Of a DNA stretch of 38,135 nt, positions 8,605-17,058 are shown one piece after another (within the stretch, counting starts at the first letter, position 1; the number at the start of each line of letters is the position of its first letter). Made by a program: the position numbers and the translations under genes. Source of the DNA: a virus (taxonomy: Duplodnaviria > Caudoviricetes); IMG/VR virus record IMGVR_UViG_3300032373_000846, positions 1-38,135 of that record; one strand, written 5' to 3'. Below the pieces are notes generated by a model that saw only the letters and a list, made by a program, of their open reading frames with translations, was not told where the DNA came from and made no database searches.

Positions 8605-10160
8605 TGACATGGAGCGGTGCCTTTACGGCGTGGCTGGACAGCAGCGAGACGCTGTATCCGCGCTACCTGCTGGAGATCGAGACGATCGCCGGCGGGCCTG
8701 GTGGGTCGGGCACCGTTGCGGAGGAGATCCTCGCCGCGGAGTCGCCCAGCTTTCATGCGCAGACCGTCAACCCGCGGACCTGGGAGCCCACCGTCGGCGC
8801 GTTCAGCATCGACGTGATCACCGACAACATCGAGGGCCTCATGGAGACGGCGCGGCGGGGCTCGCCGGTGTCGCTGAAGATGGGGCGCGGCGGCTGGGAC
8901 TACAGCGCGTTCGAGCGCATCGCCGTCGGGCGCATCACCAACATCAGCGCGAGCAACCTGCCGGGCAACCGCTACCGGGTGAGCTGCGCGGACCTCTTCA
9001 GCCTGCCCACGCGCTTCGACCGGACCACCTCGGACCCGCAGTTGTTCGGCGGCGGGCTCCCTGTGGGCGAGACCACCACGCTCACGGCGCCCTACGACTC
9101 GGTCACGCCCGACACCACGATCAGCCTCGCCAGCACCGCAGCACTCGACCGCCCCACAGGGGGCTCCTACCTCGTGCTGGTGACGCCCTCGGGCGGCGGC
9201 GCCCCCTTCTACCTCGTGGGCTCCTCGAAGGGCGCCAGCAGCATGACGATCGACACCCCCGGGGCCGATCGGTACGGCACCGTGCGCGTCGATGCGGCCA
9301 GCGGTAGTACCGTGACCTTCCTGGCGCTGCTCCGCGGGCACCCGCTGGACCTGGTCCGTCAGATCTTCACCTCCACCGGCGGCGGCTCCAACGGCACCTA
9401 TGACGTGCTGCCTGAGGCGTGGGGGCTCGCCCTGCCGGATATGCTGATCGACCACATCGAGATCAGCCGGCACCGCGCCAAGGTCAACTTCCCCTCGAGC
9501 ACGTACGAGTGGAGTCTCATCGTCAGCACGCCGATGGTGTCCGGCTTCGCGCAGGTGCGGGCCATGCTCGCCGAGGCGGGCCTCTTCATGGTCATCCATG
9601 AGGGGCAGGTGGCCATCCGGGCGGCACAGAACCCCCGCGAGGCGGGAACCGGGCCGTTCTGGACGATCACCCCGGAGAACGTCGACAGCACCCGGCCGGT
9701 GGGCTGGGAAGCCTGGGACGCCCAAGTGCCGCACGAGCAGTCCACCGTCGTCGTCAACGGGCCCACCAACGCCGATGGGACCCTCACCGCCACGGAGCAG
9801 GCCGGCGGCAGCGCCAACATCGCGACCGCACCCGCCTACCCGGGCAGTCTGTACCCGCGGACCCTGAGCCATGCGTGGCACCTGACGAGCTCGGTGTGCT
9901 CGGAGTGTGCCGACCGGATCTACCCGTGGTTCGTGACGGTCCCTGAGCGGTTCACCATCCCCATGGCGGGCCTGATCCATCACCGGCTCACGCCCGGCAC
10001 CATCGTCACCGTGACGCTGCCCCGGCTCTACAGCCGCGACGCCGGCGGCAGTCTGTTCCAGCGCACCGGCATGGTCGTGCGTCAGGCGCCGGACTGGACC
10101 CGCGGCCCGGTGGTCGACGTCTGCCTCCTCCCCAATTCGTCCACCAGCCCCCAGGGCTGA
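8604..10160 (+). CDS. Minor tail / tail-tip hub protein
   Basis: 518 aa, beta-rich; C-terminal 'LTPGTIVTVT' hub-like pattern; position. Confidence 0.6.
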   Translation: MTWSGAFTAWLDSSETLYPRYLLEIETIAGGPGGSGTVAEEILAAESPSFHAQTVNPRTWEPTVGAFSIDVITDNIEGLMETARRGSPVSLKMGRGGWDYSAFERIAVGRITNISASNLPGNRYRVSCADLFSLPTRFDRTTSDPQLFGGGLPVGETTTLTAPYDSVTPDTTISLASTAALDRPTGGSYLVLVTPSGGGAPFYLVGSSKGASSMTIDTPGADRYGTVRVDAASGSTVTFLALLRGHPLDLVRQIFTSTGGGSNGTYDVLPEAWGLALPDMLIDHIEISRHRAKVNFPSSTYEWSLIVSTPMVSGFAQVRAMLAEAGLFMVIHEGQVAIRAAQNPREAGTGPFWTITPENVDSTRPVGWEAWDAQVPHEQSTVVVNGPTNADGTLTATEQAGGSANIATAPAYPGSLYPRTLSHAWHLTSSVCSECADRIYPWFVTVPERFTIPMAGLIHHRLTPGTIVTVTLPRLYSRDAGGSLFQRTGMVVRQAPDWTRGPVVDVCLLPNSSTSPQG

Positions 10161-10170
10161 GGAGTCCCCC

Positions 10171-10485
10171 ATGCGTACCCACCGCAAAGCCCTCACCTCC
10201 GGCCAGGTCAGCGCCTTCGCCAGCGCCCCCAGCGGCAGCGACAGCGCCGTCGCCGTCGCCAACGCTGACGAGATCGTCCACTGGGCCCTCGACGGCGTCA
10301 CCACCGTGAAGTTCTGGACGAGCTACGACAGCGGCACCACTTGGCTCGCCGGCACCACCACCAGCAGCAGCGACGGCGAGGTTCTCGACCAAGCGGCCCG
10401 CGGCACCCACGTCCAGATCGAGGTCGTCACCGGCACCTTGACCGCGGGCTGGTACGAGCGCCACCGCAGCCCCGGGAGGGCGTGA
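10171..10485 (+). CDS. Small tail-associated hypothetical protein
   Basis: GAGGAG RBS; 'TSYDSGTTW' Asp-box-like motif; 104 aa. Confidence 0.6.
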   Translation: MRTHRKALTSGQVSAFASAPSGSDSAVAVANADEIVHWALDGVTTVKFWTSYDSGTTWLAGTTTSSSDGEVLDQAARGTHVQIEVVTGTLTAGWYERHRSPGRA

Positions 10486-11315
10486 TGCTGCGCGCACCCA
10501 CGATGCGCGGTGACGGGATCGGCTCGCTCCCCGCGGGTGGTGGTGACGCCGCTACCGCTCTCGCCGCCGCCCTCGGTGGTGACGCCGCTGACTACCTGAT
10601 CGGCGCTGCTCACATCTGGCGGCAGAAGCTGCACGTCGACTTCACCGGCCTGCCCAACAAGGACATCCTGTCTGACGCGACCCACGACATCGGCGCGGAC
10701 GCTGATCTGGTCGTCACCGACAGCGCGGTGTTCGATTCGATCGACATCACCAACGGCGTGGGACTCGTCGCGGTCGCCAGCGCGAGCGGCACGGCTGTGC
10801 GGCTGGCCTTCGACCTGGACGCGCTCACCGTGCCGGTCAACCCCAAGCGGGAACTACGCCTCGTCTGGGTGTTCACGATCGTCGGCGGACAGGTCGGCGA
10901 TCGGGTGATGCCGATGCTCGTGGACTCCGCAACCGCCACCTACACGGTCGCGATCATGGGCGGCGTCAAGTGGACGGGCGGCACTGACAGAAAGCTGCGC
11001 TACCAGCTGTATACAGGCGGCTGGAATCAGGGCGACGGCGCTGTGCTGTCCTCGCTGGACGGGCAGACCTACAGGCTGGAGCTGAACGTCCGCGACTGGC
11101 ACGCGAAGCTCTACGCGGACGTGGCGACGGGGCTCGCCGAGGACCCCGAAGACGGCACGTTTCATCGTTCGATGAACACCGGGGAGGCCGCTGTTGACAC
11201 CGTGGAGGCCGACCCGTGGTCGGCTGGCCGCTTCGCCCGGATCGACATCATCCCGTCGGGCGCAACGGAATGCACCGTCACCGTCACCGACTGCTACGTC
11301 TTGGAGGCGCTGTGA
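10485..11315 (+). CDS. Putative receptor-binding / beta-sandwich tail protein
   Basis: ATG at 10485 (TGATG coupling, GGGAGG RBS); beta-rich 276 aa; last large gene before lysis. Confidence 0.5.
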   Translation: MLRAPTMRGDGIGSLPAGGGDAATALAAALGGDAADYLIGAAHIWRQKLHVDFTGLPNKDILSDATHDIGADADLVVTDSAVFDSIDITNGVGLVAVASASGTAVRLAFDLDALTVPVNPKRELRLVWVFTIVGGQVGDRVMPMLVDSATATYTVAIMGGVKWTGGTDRKLRYQLYTGGWNQGDGAVLSSLDGQTYRLELNVRDWHAKLYADVATGLAEDPEDGTFHRSMNTGEAAVDTVEADPWSAGRFARIDIIPSGATECTVTVTDCYVLEAL

Positions 11316-11509
11316 TCTTCGGCCCTGCTGACTATCCCCCCCTCGCCGCCGCCGTCGCCCGCCTGGCCGAGCTCGGCGTCACCATCCCCGAGGGCGCGCT
11401 GGTGTGCGTCGAGGATGGGGTCATCACCCTCCACGACGGCACCGGCGCCTACGAGAGCGACCCTGGACCGGAGATCGGTGAGGCCGTACTCCTGGAGGAC
11501 CCGTCATGA
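11312..11509 (+). CDS. Small acidic hypothetical protein
   Basis: GTGA overlap, GGAGG RBS; 65 aa. Confidence 0.55.
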   Translation: MIFGPADYPPLAAAVARLAELGVTIPEGALVCVEDGVITLHDGTGAYESDPGPEIGEAVLLEDPS

Positions 11510-12171
11510 GGCCGGTCCTCGCCTACGGCGCCCGCGGCGCCCCTGTCCAGCAGCTCCAGCGCCTCCTCGGCCTGAAGCCCGACGGCCTCTTCGGTCCCGG
11601 CACCCGCGCTGCCGTCCAGGCCTACCAGCGGCGCCTGGGGGTGACCCCGGACGGCGTCGTGGGCCCGGACACCTGGGCCGTGCTCGAGGGCAGCATTCCC
11701 GAGACCTGGGCCGCGGCGAGCTGGGGCGCCGCTCGCGCTCCCTTCGTGCTGCGTCTGCCCCCGGGCTGGCAGGTCACCAGCGGCTTCGGCCCCCGGGGCA
11801 CCCCACCGCAGGACCACGGCGGCATCGACCTGGCCGGCGCGGGCTGGGAGACCGAGCCCCCGCTGTTCCTGGCGCCCTGTGCTGGTGAGGTGGTGGCGTC
11901 CAACGCCGGGGACCCCTGGGGCGGCGGCTATGGCTTCTGGATGCTGCTCAGGGAGCCGGGCGGGCTGGAGTTCTTCGCCGGCCATCTCTCCGAGGTCTAC
12001 GTGGGCGACGGGCGGGTCCAGGAGGGGCAACCGCTGGGACGCTTCGGCAACACCGGGCACAGCTACGGCGTGCACCTCCACGCGGAGACCCGACGCGGTG
12101 GGGAGGCCTTTGACCCCGAGAGTGTGCTGCGCGTCGAGGACCTCCTCCACGGACAGCGGGGCGCGGCGTGA
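11506..12171 (+). CDS. Endolysin: peptidoglycan-binding domain plus M23 metallopeptidase
   Basis: 'DGLFGPGTRAAVQAYQ...DGVVGPDTW' (PG_binding_1 pattern); M23 zinc motifs HGGID (HxxxD) and 'GNTGHSYGVHLHAE' (HxH). Confidence 0.9.
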   Translation: MRPVLAYGARGAPVQQLQRLLGLKPDGLFGPGTRAAVQAYQRRLGVTPDGVVGPDTWAVLEGSIPETWAAASWGAARAPFVLRLPPGWQVTSGFGPRGTPPQDHGGIDLAGAGWETEPPLFLAPCAGEVVASNAGDPWGGGYGFWMLLREPGGLEFFAGHLSEVYVGDGRVQEGQPLGRFGNTGHSYGVHLHAETRRGGEAFDPESVLRVEDLLHGQRGAA

Positions 12172-12554
12172 GCGGCCCCTCTGCCGGTGACCGCTTCGGC
12201 CCCGACGGCGTGACTGAGGAGCAGGTCCTCGTCGACGCCCTGGAGTGGGAGGCGCTGCGGGGGGTCGTCACCGATCTGCGTGACGAGGTGGGCCAGCTCA
12301 GGGCCGTCCCCGTCAGGGCCAGCCAGCGCAAGGTCGTCGTCGCCTGTGTGGCGCTGGTGTCCTCGGCGGTCGTCTCGATCGTGCTGGTGACCCTCGGCGA
12401 CGCCGACGCCGGCGCGGTGATGACGAGCTACGGCGCCATCGTCTCCGCGGCCCTGGCGGTGTTCGCTGCTGGCAACGCCGCCGAGCACGCCACTCGGGCC
12501 AACGCGCGCCAAGCGCCCTACAGTCCACCGCCGCCGAGCTGGAGGCCCCGGTGA
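12168..12554 (+). CDS. Putative holin
   Basis: Two hydrophobic segments, 'RK' before TM1 and 'GNAAEH' after TM2; adjacent to the endolysin. Confidence 0.6.
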   Translation: MSGPSAGDRFGPDGVTEEQVLVDALEWEALRGVVTDLRDEVGQLRAVPVRASQRKVVVACVALVSSAVVSIVLVTLGDADAGAVMTSYGAIVSAALAVFAAGNAAEHATRANARQAPYSPPPPSWRPR

Positions 12555-12676
12555 GACGCCTGCTCCTCCACACCATCGAGGCCAGCCTCTTCCTCACCGT
12601 CGCCGTCGGCGCTGGACTCATCGTCGGCGCCGGGCTGACGTGGCTCACCCTGGCCTCGCTCGCCGAGGAGCTCTGA
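12551..12676 (+). CDS. 41-aa membrane peptide in the lysis cassette
   Basis: GGAGG RBS, GTGA overlap; MRRLLLHTIEASLFLTVAVGAGLIVGAGLTWLTLASLAEEL; below the ORF-track size cutoff. Confidence 0.55.
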   Translation: MRRLLLHTIEASLFLTVAVGAGLIVGAGLTWLTLASLAEEL

Positions 12677-12954
12677 TGAGACTCCCGCTGCCCTGGCCCG
12701 CGCTCGCGGACGCCACCCGGCGCTGGGGCCCCGCCCTCGCCGGCGCCTCGCTGATCGTGGTGGGCGTCGCCGCCGAGCTGGCCGTGCTGCCAATCGGGGC
12801 GGCCCTGCTGATGCTGACCCTCCTGCTGGGCCCGCCCCGCCCGCTCGTGCCCCAGCCGCCAGGGGTCGTCGCTGTCGCCGACGACGAGCCGACCATCGAC
12901 GAGCGCCGCATCGCCGCCGAGCTCCGCTCTCTCCGTGAGCAGCTGGATGCCTGA
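12676..12954 (+). CDS. Membrane protein in the lysis cassette
   Basis: ATG at 12676 (TGATG, GAGGAG RBS); long hydrophobic stretch followed by Pro-rich linker and short coiled coil; 92 aa. Confidence 0.6.
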   Translation: MRLPLPWPALADATRRWGPALAGASLIVVGVAAELAVLPIGAALLMLTLLLGPPRPLVPQPPGVVAVADDEPTIDERRIAAELRSLREQLDA

Positions 12955-13540
12955 GCGCACTCTGCACGTCTTGCTGGTAGACGACGACCCCGCCGACCGG
13001 CTCCACCTGCGGCAGCTGCTGGTCGCCAGCGGTGACACCGTGGATGATGCGCGCGACACCACCGAGGCGATCGAGGCCCTCCGGGGCCGCCGCTACGACG
13101 CCGTGCTGCTGGACCGCAACCTGCTCGACGGCCTGGACAGCGCCGCCTGCCTCACGCAGATCGTCTCCCTCGCTGGCGGCGCCCCCGTGCTGCTGGTGAG
13201 CGGTGCGATGTCTACCCATGACGCCCTCGCTGCTGTGGAGCTGGGCGCGGCGCGGGCGTACCTCAAGAGCGCCCACGGGCCCGCAGCGCTACCGCTGGGG
13301 GCAGAGCTCCGACAGCTCATTGACGCGCGCTACCAGGGCGAGCGTGCGGCGCTGTGGCGCGAGGTCCAGGAGCTGCAGACATCAATCGCCGGTCAGTCAG
13401 CGGTGGAGACGGCGAGCTGGTGGACGACACTGACGGGCAAGGAGCGCGGCGCGGTGATCGGCACCGTCGCTGCGGGGATGGGCGCGACCGCTCAGGCCGT
13501 CGCCGAGGTGCTCCAGGCGTGGCTTGCTCAGGCTGGGTAG
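12947..13540 (+). CDS. Response-regulator receiver (CheY-like) domain protein with C-terminal coiled coil and hydrophobic tail
   Basis: VLLVDDD (D12/D13), YDAVLLD (D56), PVLLVSG (S85), GAARAYLK (K107): all canonical receiver residues are present. Confidence 0.88.
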   Translation: MPERTLHVLLVDDDPADRLHLRQLLVASGDTVDDARDTTEAIEALRGRRYDAVLLDRNLLDGLDSAACLTQIVSLAGGAPVLLVSGAMSTHDALAAVELGAARAYLKSAHGPAALPLGAELRQLIDARYQGERAALWREVQELQTSIAGQSAVETASWWTTLTGKERGAVIGTVAAGMGATAQAVAEVLQAWLAQAG

Positions 13541-13568
13541 GGCTGGGGCGGCGGCGAACAGGGCGATG

Positions 13569-14147
13569 CTATGGCGTCTTCGGTGGACTCATCACCTTGG
13601 AGCCCTTCCTTTTCTTTGACGGCTTGGGGGGCGGATGAGTCACAAGCAGCGCCTTGGCGGGCAGGTAGTGGTCGGGCTCCACAACCGCCATAGCCACCCC
13701 CGCGTCTGCGAACATCCGCCTAAATTCAGCGACGTTGTAAGTACAAAATGCCGCCACTCCTTTGTGCTCAGCGGCGCAGGCAGCAATCAGCGCATCGATC
13801 TTCAAACACACCCGGCAGGTCGGCCCGCCACAGCGTGGGCACGATTTTGCGCCCTTGCGGCGGGCGATGCTTTTGTTGATGAACCCTGCCGAGGTGACTG
13901 CAGCCCCTCTATTGAACTCCAGATACTCAAACGCTGGAGGCCCCAGTGTGCTGGCCATCTCTTGGCGCCGGGGCTGCCTGACCAGTGCTTCAGCCAAAGC
14001 CGGTGCCGGGAGCCCGAAGATCAGTGACTTGCCGCCCAACGCCATGAACGCCTGAACATCTGGGTATCGAGACTTATCGGGCTCCCTCTTCGGAGCCGGA
14101 TTCAGCATCAACAGCAACACCGATGTGTCCAGCGCTATCAGATTCAC
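13569..14147 (-). CDS. PIN-domain (VapC-like) ribonuclease with Cys-rich insertion
   Basis: 'IALDTSVL', 'ALAEAL', 'KIDALIAACA', 'FCTYN..EF' PIN motifs; CPRCGGPTCRVC insertion; GTG start overlaps the partner's stop. Confidence 0.75.
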   Translation of the reverse strand: MNLIALDTSVLLLMLNPAPKREPDKSRYPDVQAFMALGGKSLIFGLPAPALAEALVRQPRRQEMASTLGPPAFEYLEFNRGAAVTSAGFINKSIARRKGAKSCPRCGGPTCRVCLKIDALIAACAAEHKGVAAFCTYNVAEFRRMFADAGVAMAVVEPDHYLPAKALLVTHPPPKPSKKRKGSKVMSPPKTP

Positions 14148-14863
14148 CCCCATCTCTCCTGCATGAGGTCATCCTCGAGGAAATCGTCCGGAACAGGCTC
14201 CATCAGCCTGGCCAGTTCCGCCTGAATTTCTTGGATCGAACGATGTGGCAGCTCTCGCCCTTCGCCCAAGATCTGACACCGAAACACCGCCCCTGTACGC
14301 ACATCAATAAAGCGCCGCACGGGAAGCTCGACGGTCTTGTAGAGACAAGTTGCAAGCTTTCCCGCAACCGCCTGGGTAGCCTCGCACTTGATTGACCTTG
14401 CGCCCGTTGGTTTGATGTGCACGCGCGGCTTCTCACCCCCGACAAGACGAACCTTCCCAACAAGGAGTCCTCGCTCCACGATCTCCCAGGCCGCCTTGTT
14501 GGGCTCCGGGACGACGACGGGCTTTACTGCACGCTGACCGATCGCCAATGTGGCACTTCGCTTGCCGAGGTAATCGTAGATCGGCTGGACGCCAGTGCGC
14601 TCCCTGCGAAGCCACGAGCGTGTAGGGCCGCGCCGGAATCGGTAGAGGGCAGCCCGCGACTCCGGGGGCACCAGCGTTCTCAGTTCGACACTGCCCGATT
14701 TGACGGCGATGGGGAGCACGTCCTTGACCAGTGGACCGCCCTCCATGGACTCTATCGATTCTGTAAGAACGTCGACAAACTCACGGAGCTGTGGCCAACC
14801 GAAGGTGTCGGTGCTGAGCCCCTCAGCGTCGAGCTTGAACTTGATGGGTATGCGCCCAGACAT
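14144..14863 (-). CDS. Hypothetical protein, partner of the PIN gene (putative antitoxin/sensor)
   Basis: 239 aa, GGAG RBS, coupled to the PIN gene; lower GC than flanking genes; acidic C-terminal tail. Confidence 0.65.
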   Translation of the reverse strand: MSGRIPIKFKLDAEGLSTDTFGWPQLREFVDVLTESIESMEGGPLVKDVLPIAVKSGSVELRTLVPPESRAALYRFRRGPTRSWLRRERTGVQPIYDYLGKRSATLAIGQRAVKPVVVPEPNKAAWEIVERGLLVGKVRLVGGEKPRVHIKPTGARSIKCEATQAVAGKLATCLYKTVELPVRRFIDVRTGAVFRCQILGEGRELPHRSIQEIQAELARLMEPVPDDFLEDDLMQERWG

Positions 14864-15163
14864 TGAGACTCCTCCCTACCACAACGCAGGCATCCAAGTC
14901 CATCTTACCTGGGCGCTGAGCCTCTCTGATAGCCCCAACAAGAGGCCCGGTCATACAATGGCAAGCCGCTTGTAGGGGGACGTTTTCTGGCACCATGGCG
15001 CTCTCCTCGATCGCCTGAACCATACCCAAGAGCCGCGAGGATATGCGCCTCAGGTCGGTGCCACCCCATCCGTAGAGAGCATGTCGGGCTCGCGCTGCTT
15101 CGGGGGGGAAAGCTGGAACAGCGCGAGCCTGGCCCATCTCCCCAGGCGTCATCGCTTCGGCGC

Positions 15164-15424
15164 CTACCCCAGCGCCACAGCCAGCCCCGCCGCCAGCGTG
15201 TCCACGGCATCACCCCACACGCCCGAGCGTCCCTTGTCCCAGGTCAGGCACCAGCCCGCCTGACGCTCTCCACCGGCGAGCGTGGGCACCCTGACGCTGG
15301 CGTGAGCGATCACCCGATGTCGGGGCCCTTCGAGCACCAGGTGGTCGGGCCGGGCGATGACGTCCACATCCCCGGGGACGAGGTCGACGAGGTGGCGTTG
15401 GAGCTGGGCGAGCGTCATCTCCAC
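15164..15424 (-). CDS. Hypothetical protein
   Basis: 86-aa ORF with plausible codon usage next to the att region. Confidence 0.45.
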   Translation of the reverse strand: MEMTLAQLQRHLVDLVPGDVDVIARPDHLVLEGPRHRVIAHASVRVPTLAGGERQAGWCLTWDKGRSGVWGDAVDTLAAGLAVALG

Positions 15425-15462
15425 GATCTACCCCGCATCGCTCGGCACGGCGACTGCCCCCG

Positions 15463-15663
15463 ATGGGGCACGGGTGGGGCAGTCCAACGCGGCTCAGTAC
15501 GGTTCAGCGCGGCTGGGTGCGCTGAACCAGTACGTCTACAGCGCGATCACAGAGCTATCCACGCTAAATTACAGTGTAGATGTACTGTAGTTTAGATGGA
15601 GAAGCCTATTCTATTGTAGGTAGTTACAGGTCTGTTGTTTAGTTCATGGGGCACATGTGGGGC
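15463..15663. other. Putative attP region
   Basis: AT-rich stretch just downstream of the integrase; inverted repeat CTAAATTACAGT-N8-ACTGTAGTTTAG (15564-15595); flanking direct repeats ATGGGGCACnnGTGGGGC at 15463-15480 and 15646-15663. Confidence 0.6.
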
Positions 15664-16855
15664 TTTGCTGCAGCTGAAGGACAGTTCGGGCGTCGCGTGG
15701 GGGGATCAGCACCACTGCCGCGGCCATGGGTTCCCACAAGGCCCGCTCGAGCTGCACGTAGTGCTTCGAGGCCACACCCTCGGGGCGGTGCCCCACCAGC
15801 CAGCGCACGCCCTCCCAGCTGGCGCCGGCGGTGAGCAGCTCCGTCTGGAAGCATCGCCGGAACGCCTTCGCGGGCTGCCCCTTCCAGTACTTCTCGGGCA
15901 CCTCGGACGCGCGCCAGCCCTGGCGGAGAACGTGGGCGCTGGTCGCCCGGTAGTGCCGGCCGAGCTGGTCGCCGGCGCGGACGCCAGCGGGTGGATCCAG
16001 CAGCCAGCGTGACCTGGCGCGCGTCGGCCAGCCCGCGAGCTCGCCGGCGAAGTGCTCGGAGATGGGGATGCGCCGCTCGCCGCGGCGGGCCTTCGTGGTC
16101 TCGGCGCGGATCGTCATCGTGCACGCGTCGAGGTCCAGGTCGGTCCACTCCAAAAGGATGGCCTCCTGCAGCCGCAGGCCGGTGAAGCGGAGGATGGTCG
16201 CCAGCCGCCAGGCCCAGTCCTTCCGCGGCATGTGCTCGACGCAGGCGTCGGCCTGCGCCCAGCTCGCCGCGGTGATCATCCGCGGCGGCTCCGCGCGCAG
16301 CTCCAGCTTGTCGGGCGGCATGGACAGCCAGCGCTGCAGGTCGGGCTGTCGGTACATCCAGCGCCACGCCAGCAACAGGTTCCGAGCGCGCCCCAGGGCG
16401 GTGGAGCGAGCGAGCCCACAGGCCTGGAGCCACGACACACAGGCGAAGATGTTCTCCTCATTCAGGTCGCTCAGCGGCACCGTGGACGGGTCGGGCCCCA
16501 GCGGGGCAGGGGGCGTGCGCTTCCCTCGGGTGGCGCCGCCGCGTGGCCCCGACGGCTTGGGCCAGCCCGCACGGAAGCGGAGGAAGGCGACGAGGGCCAA
16601 CTCGTAGTGATCGATCGTGGCCGGCGCCAGCGTCGCGGCCCGCGTCGTCAGGAACCGGTCTCCGGCGTCTGCGAGCCCTGGGCACGTTGGGCGAGCGACA
16701 GGCGGCGCCCACCGCCCTTGGACGGCGACCGCTTCTTCGATTTTGACCTTGAGCCGCTCCGCGGTTCGGAGGTCAGGTGCGTGACGTTGCTGTCGCCCCC
16801 CATCCTGTCGCCAGCAGACGCGGTATCCCCGCTTCTTCTTCTCGATCCACGCCAT
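15644..16855 (-). CDS. int: Tyrosine recombinase / phage integrase
   Basis: TGLRLQE (R), TTKARR (K), KAFRR (HxxR position), LVGH, SKHY (Y nucleophile); N-terminal arm-binding-like region; 403 aa. Confidence 0.92.
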   Translation of the reverse strand: MAWIEKKKRGYRVCWRQDGGRQQRHAPDLRTAERLKVKIEEAVAVQGRWAPPVARPTCPGLADAGDRFLTTRAATLAPATIDHYELALVAFLRFRAGWPKPSGPRGGATRGKRTPPAPLGPDPSTVPLSDLNEENIFACVSWLQACGLARSTALGRARNLLLAWRWMYRQPDLQRWLSMPPDKLELRAEPPRMITAASWAQADACVEHMPRKDWAWRLATILRFTGLRLQEAILLEWTDLDLDACTMTIRAETTKARRGERRIPISEHFAGELAGWPTRARSRWLLDPPAGVRAGDQLGRHYRATSAHVLRQGWRASEVPEKYWKGQPAKAFRRCFQTELLTAGASWEGVRWLVGHRPEGVASKHYVQLERALWEPMAAAVVLIPPRDARTVLQLQQSPTCAP

Positions 16856-17055
16856 TCTTCAACCTCCTGGAGCCACGCCCACAGCTGGGGCAGGGCAGGG
16901 TACCACCGCCTCATGGGGCGCTTCTCGCCCAGGTCGACCCACGGCCGGGCGGCCTTGTCGGGGGTGTCATGGATGAGCTCGCGGAGCTTCGTCTCGCCGA
17001 CGCCCAGCAGCGTGGCGACGGCTTCGTCGTCGAGGAGCTTGACGGCGACGGTCAT
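16648..17055 (-). CDS. Putative excisionase (HTH), 3' end overlapping int
   Basis: 'LLDDEAVATLLGVGETKLREL' HTH pattern; directly upstream of int. Confidence 0.6.
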   Translation of the reverse strand: MTVAVKLLDDEAVATLLGVGETKLRELIHDTPDKAARPWVDLGEKRPMRRWYPALPQLWAWLQEVEEWRGSRRRSGDTASAGDRMGGDSNVTHLTSEPRSGSRSKSKKRSPSKGGGRRLSLAQRAQGSQTPETGS

Positions 17056-17058
17056 GGT

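Noticed and set aside
3150-10304. Long antisense ORFs (e.g. 3150-4628, 7156-8610, 8400-10304; likewise 18637-20586, 32471-34411, 34233-35774, 36512-37987)
   Set aside because: Shadow frames expected from high GC and strong GC3 bias; they mirror well-supported genes and show no recognisable motifs.
8604-11315. Diversity-generating retroelement acting on tail genes
   Set aside because: No reverse transcriptase and no template/variable repeat pair with adenine-specific mismatches seen; the terminal repeat mismatches are not at adenines.
14864-15640. tRNA gene or tRNA-derived att core near the integrase
   Set aside because: No cloverleaf or T-loop/CCA pattern recognised by eye; tRNAscan-SE or ARAGORN would settle it.
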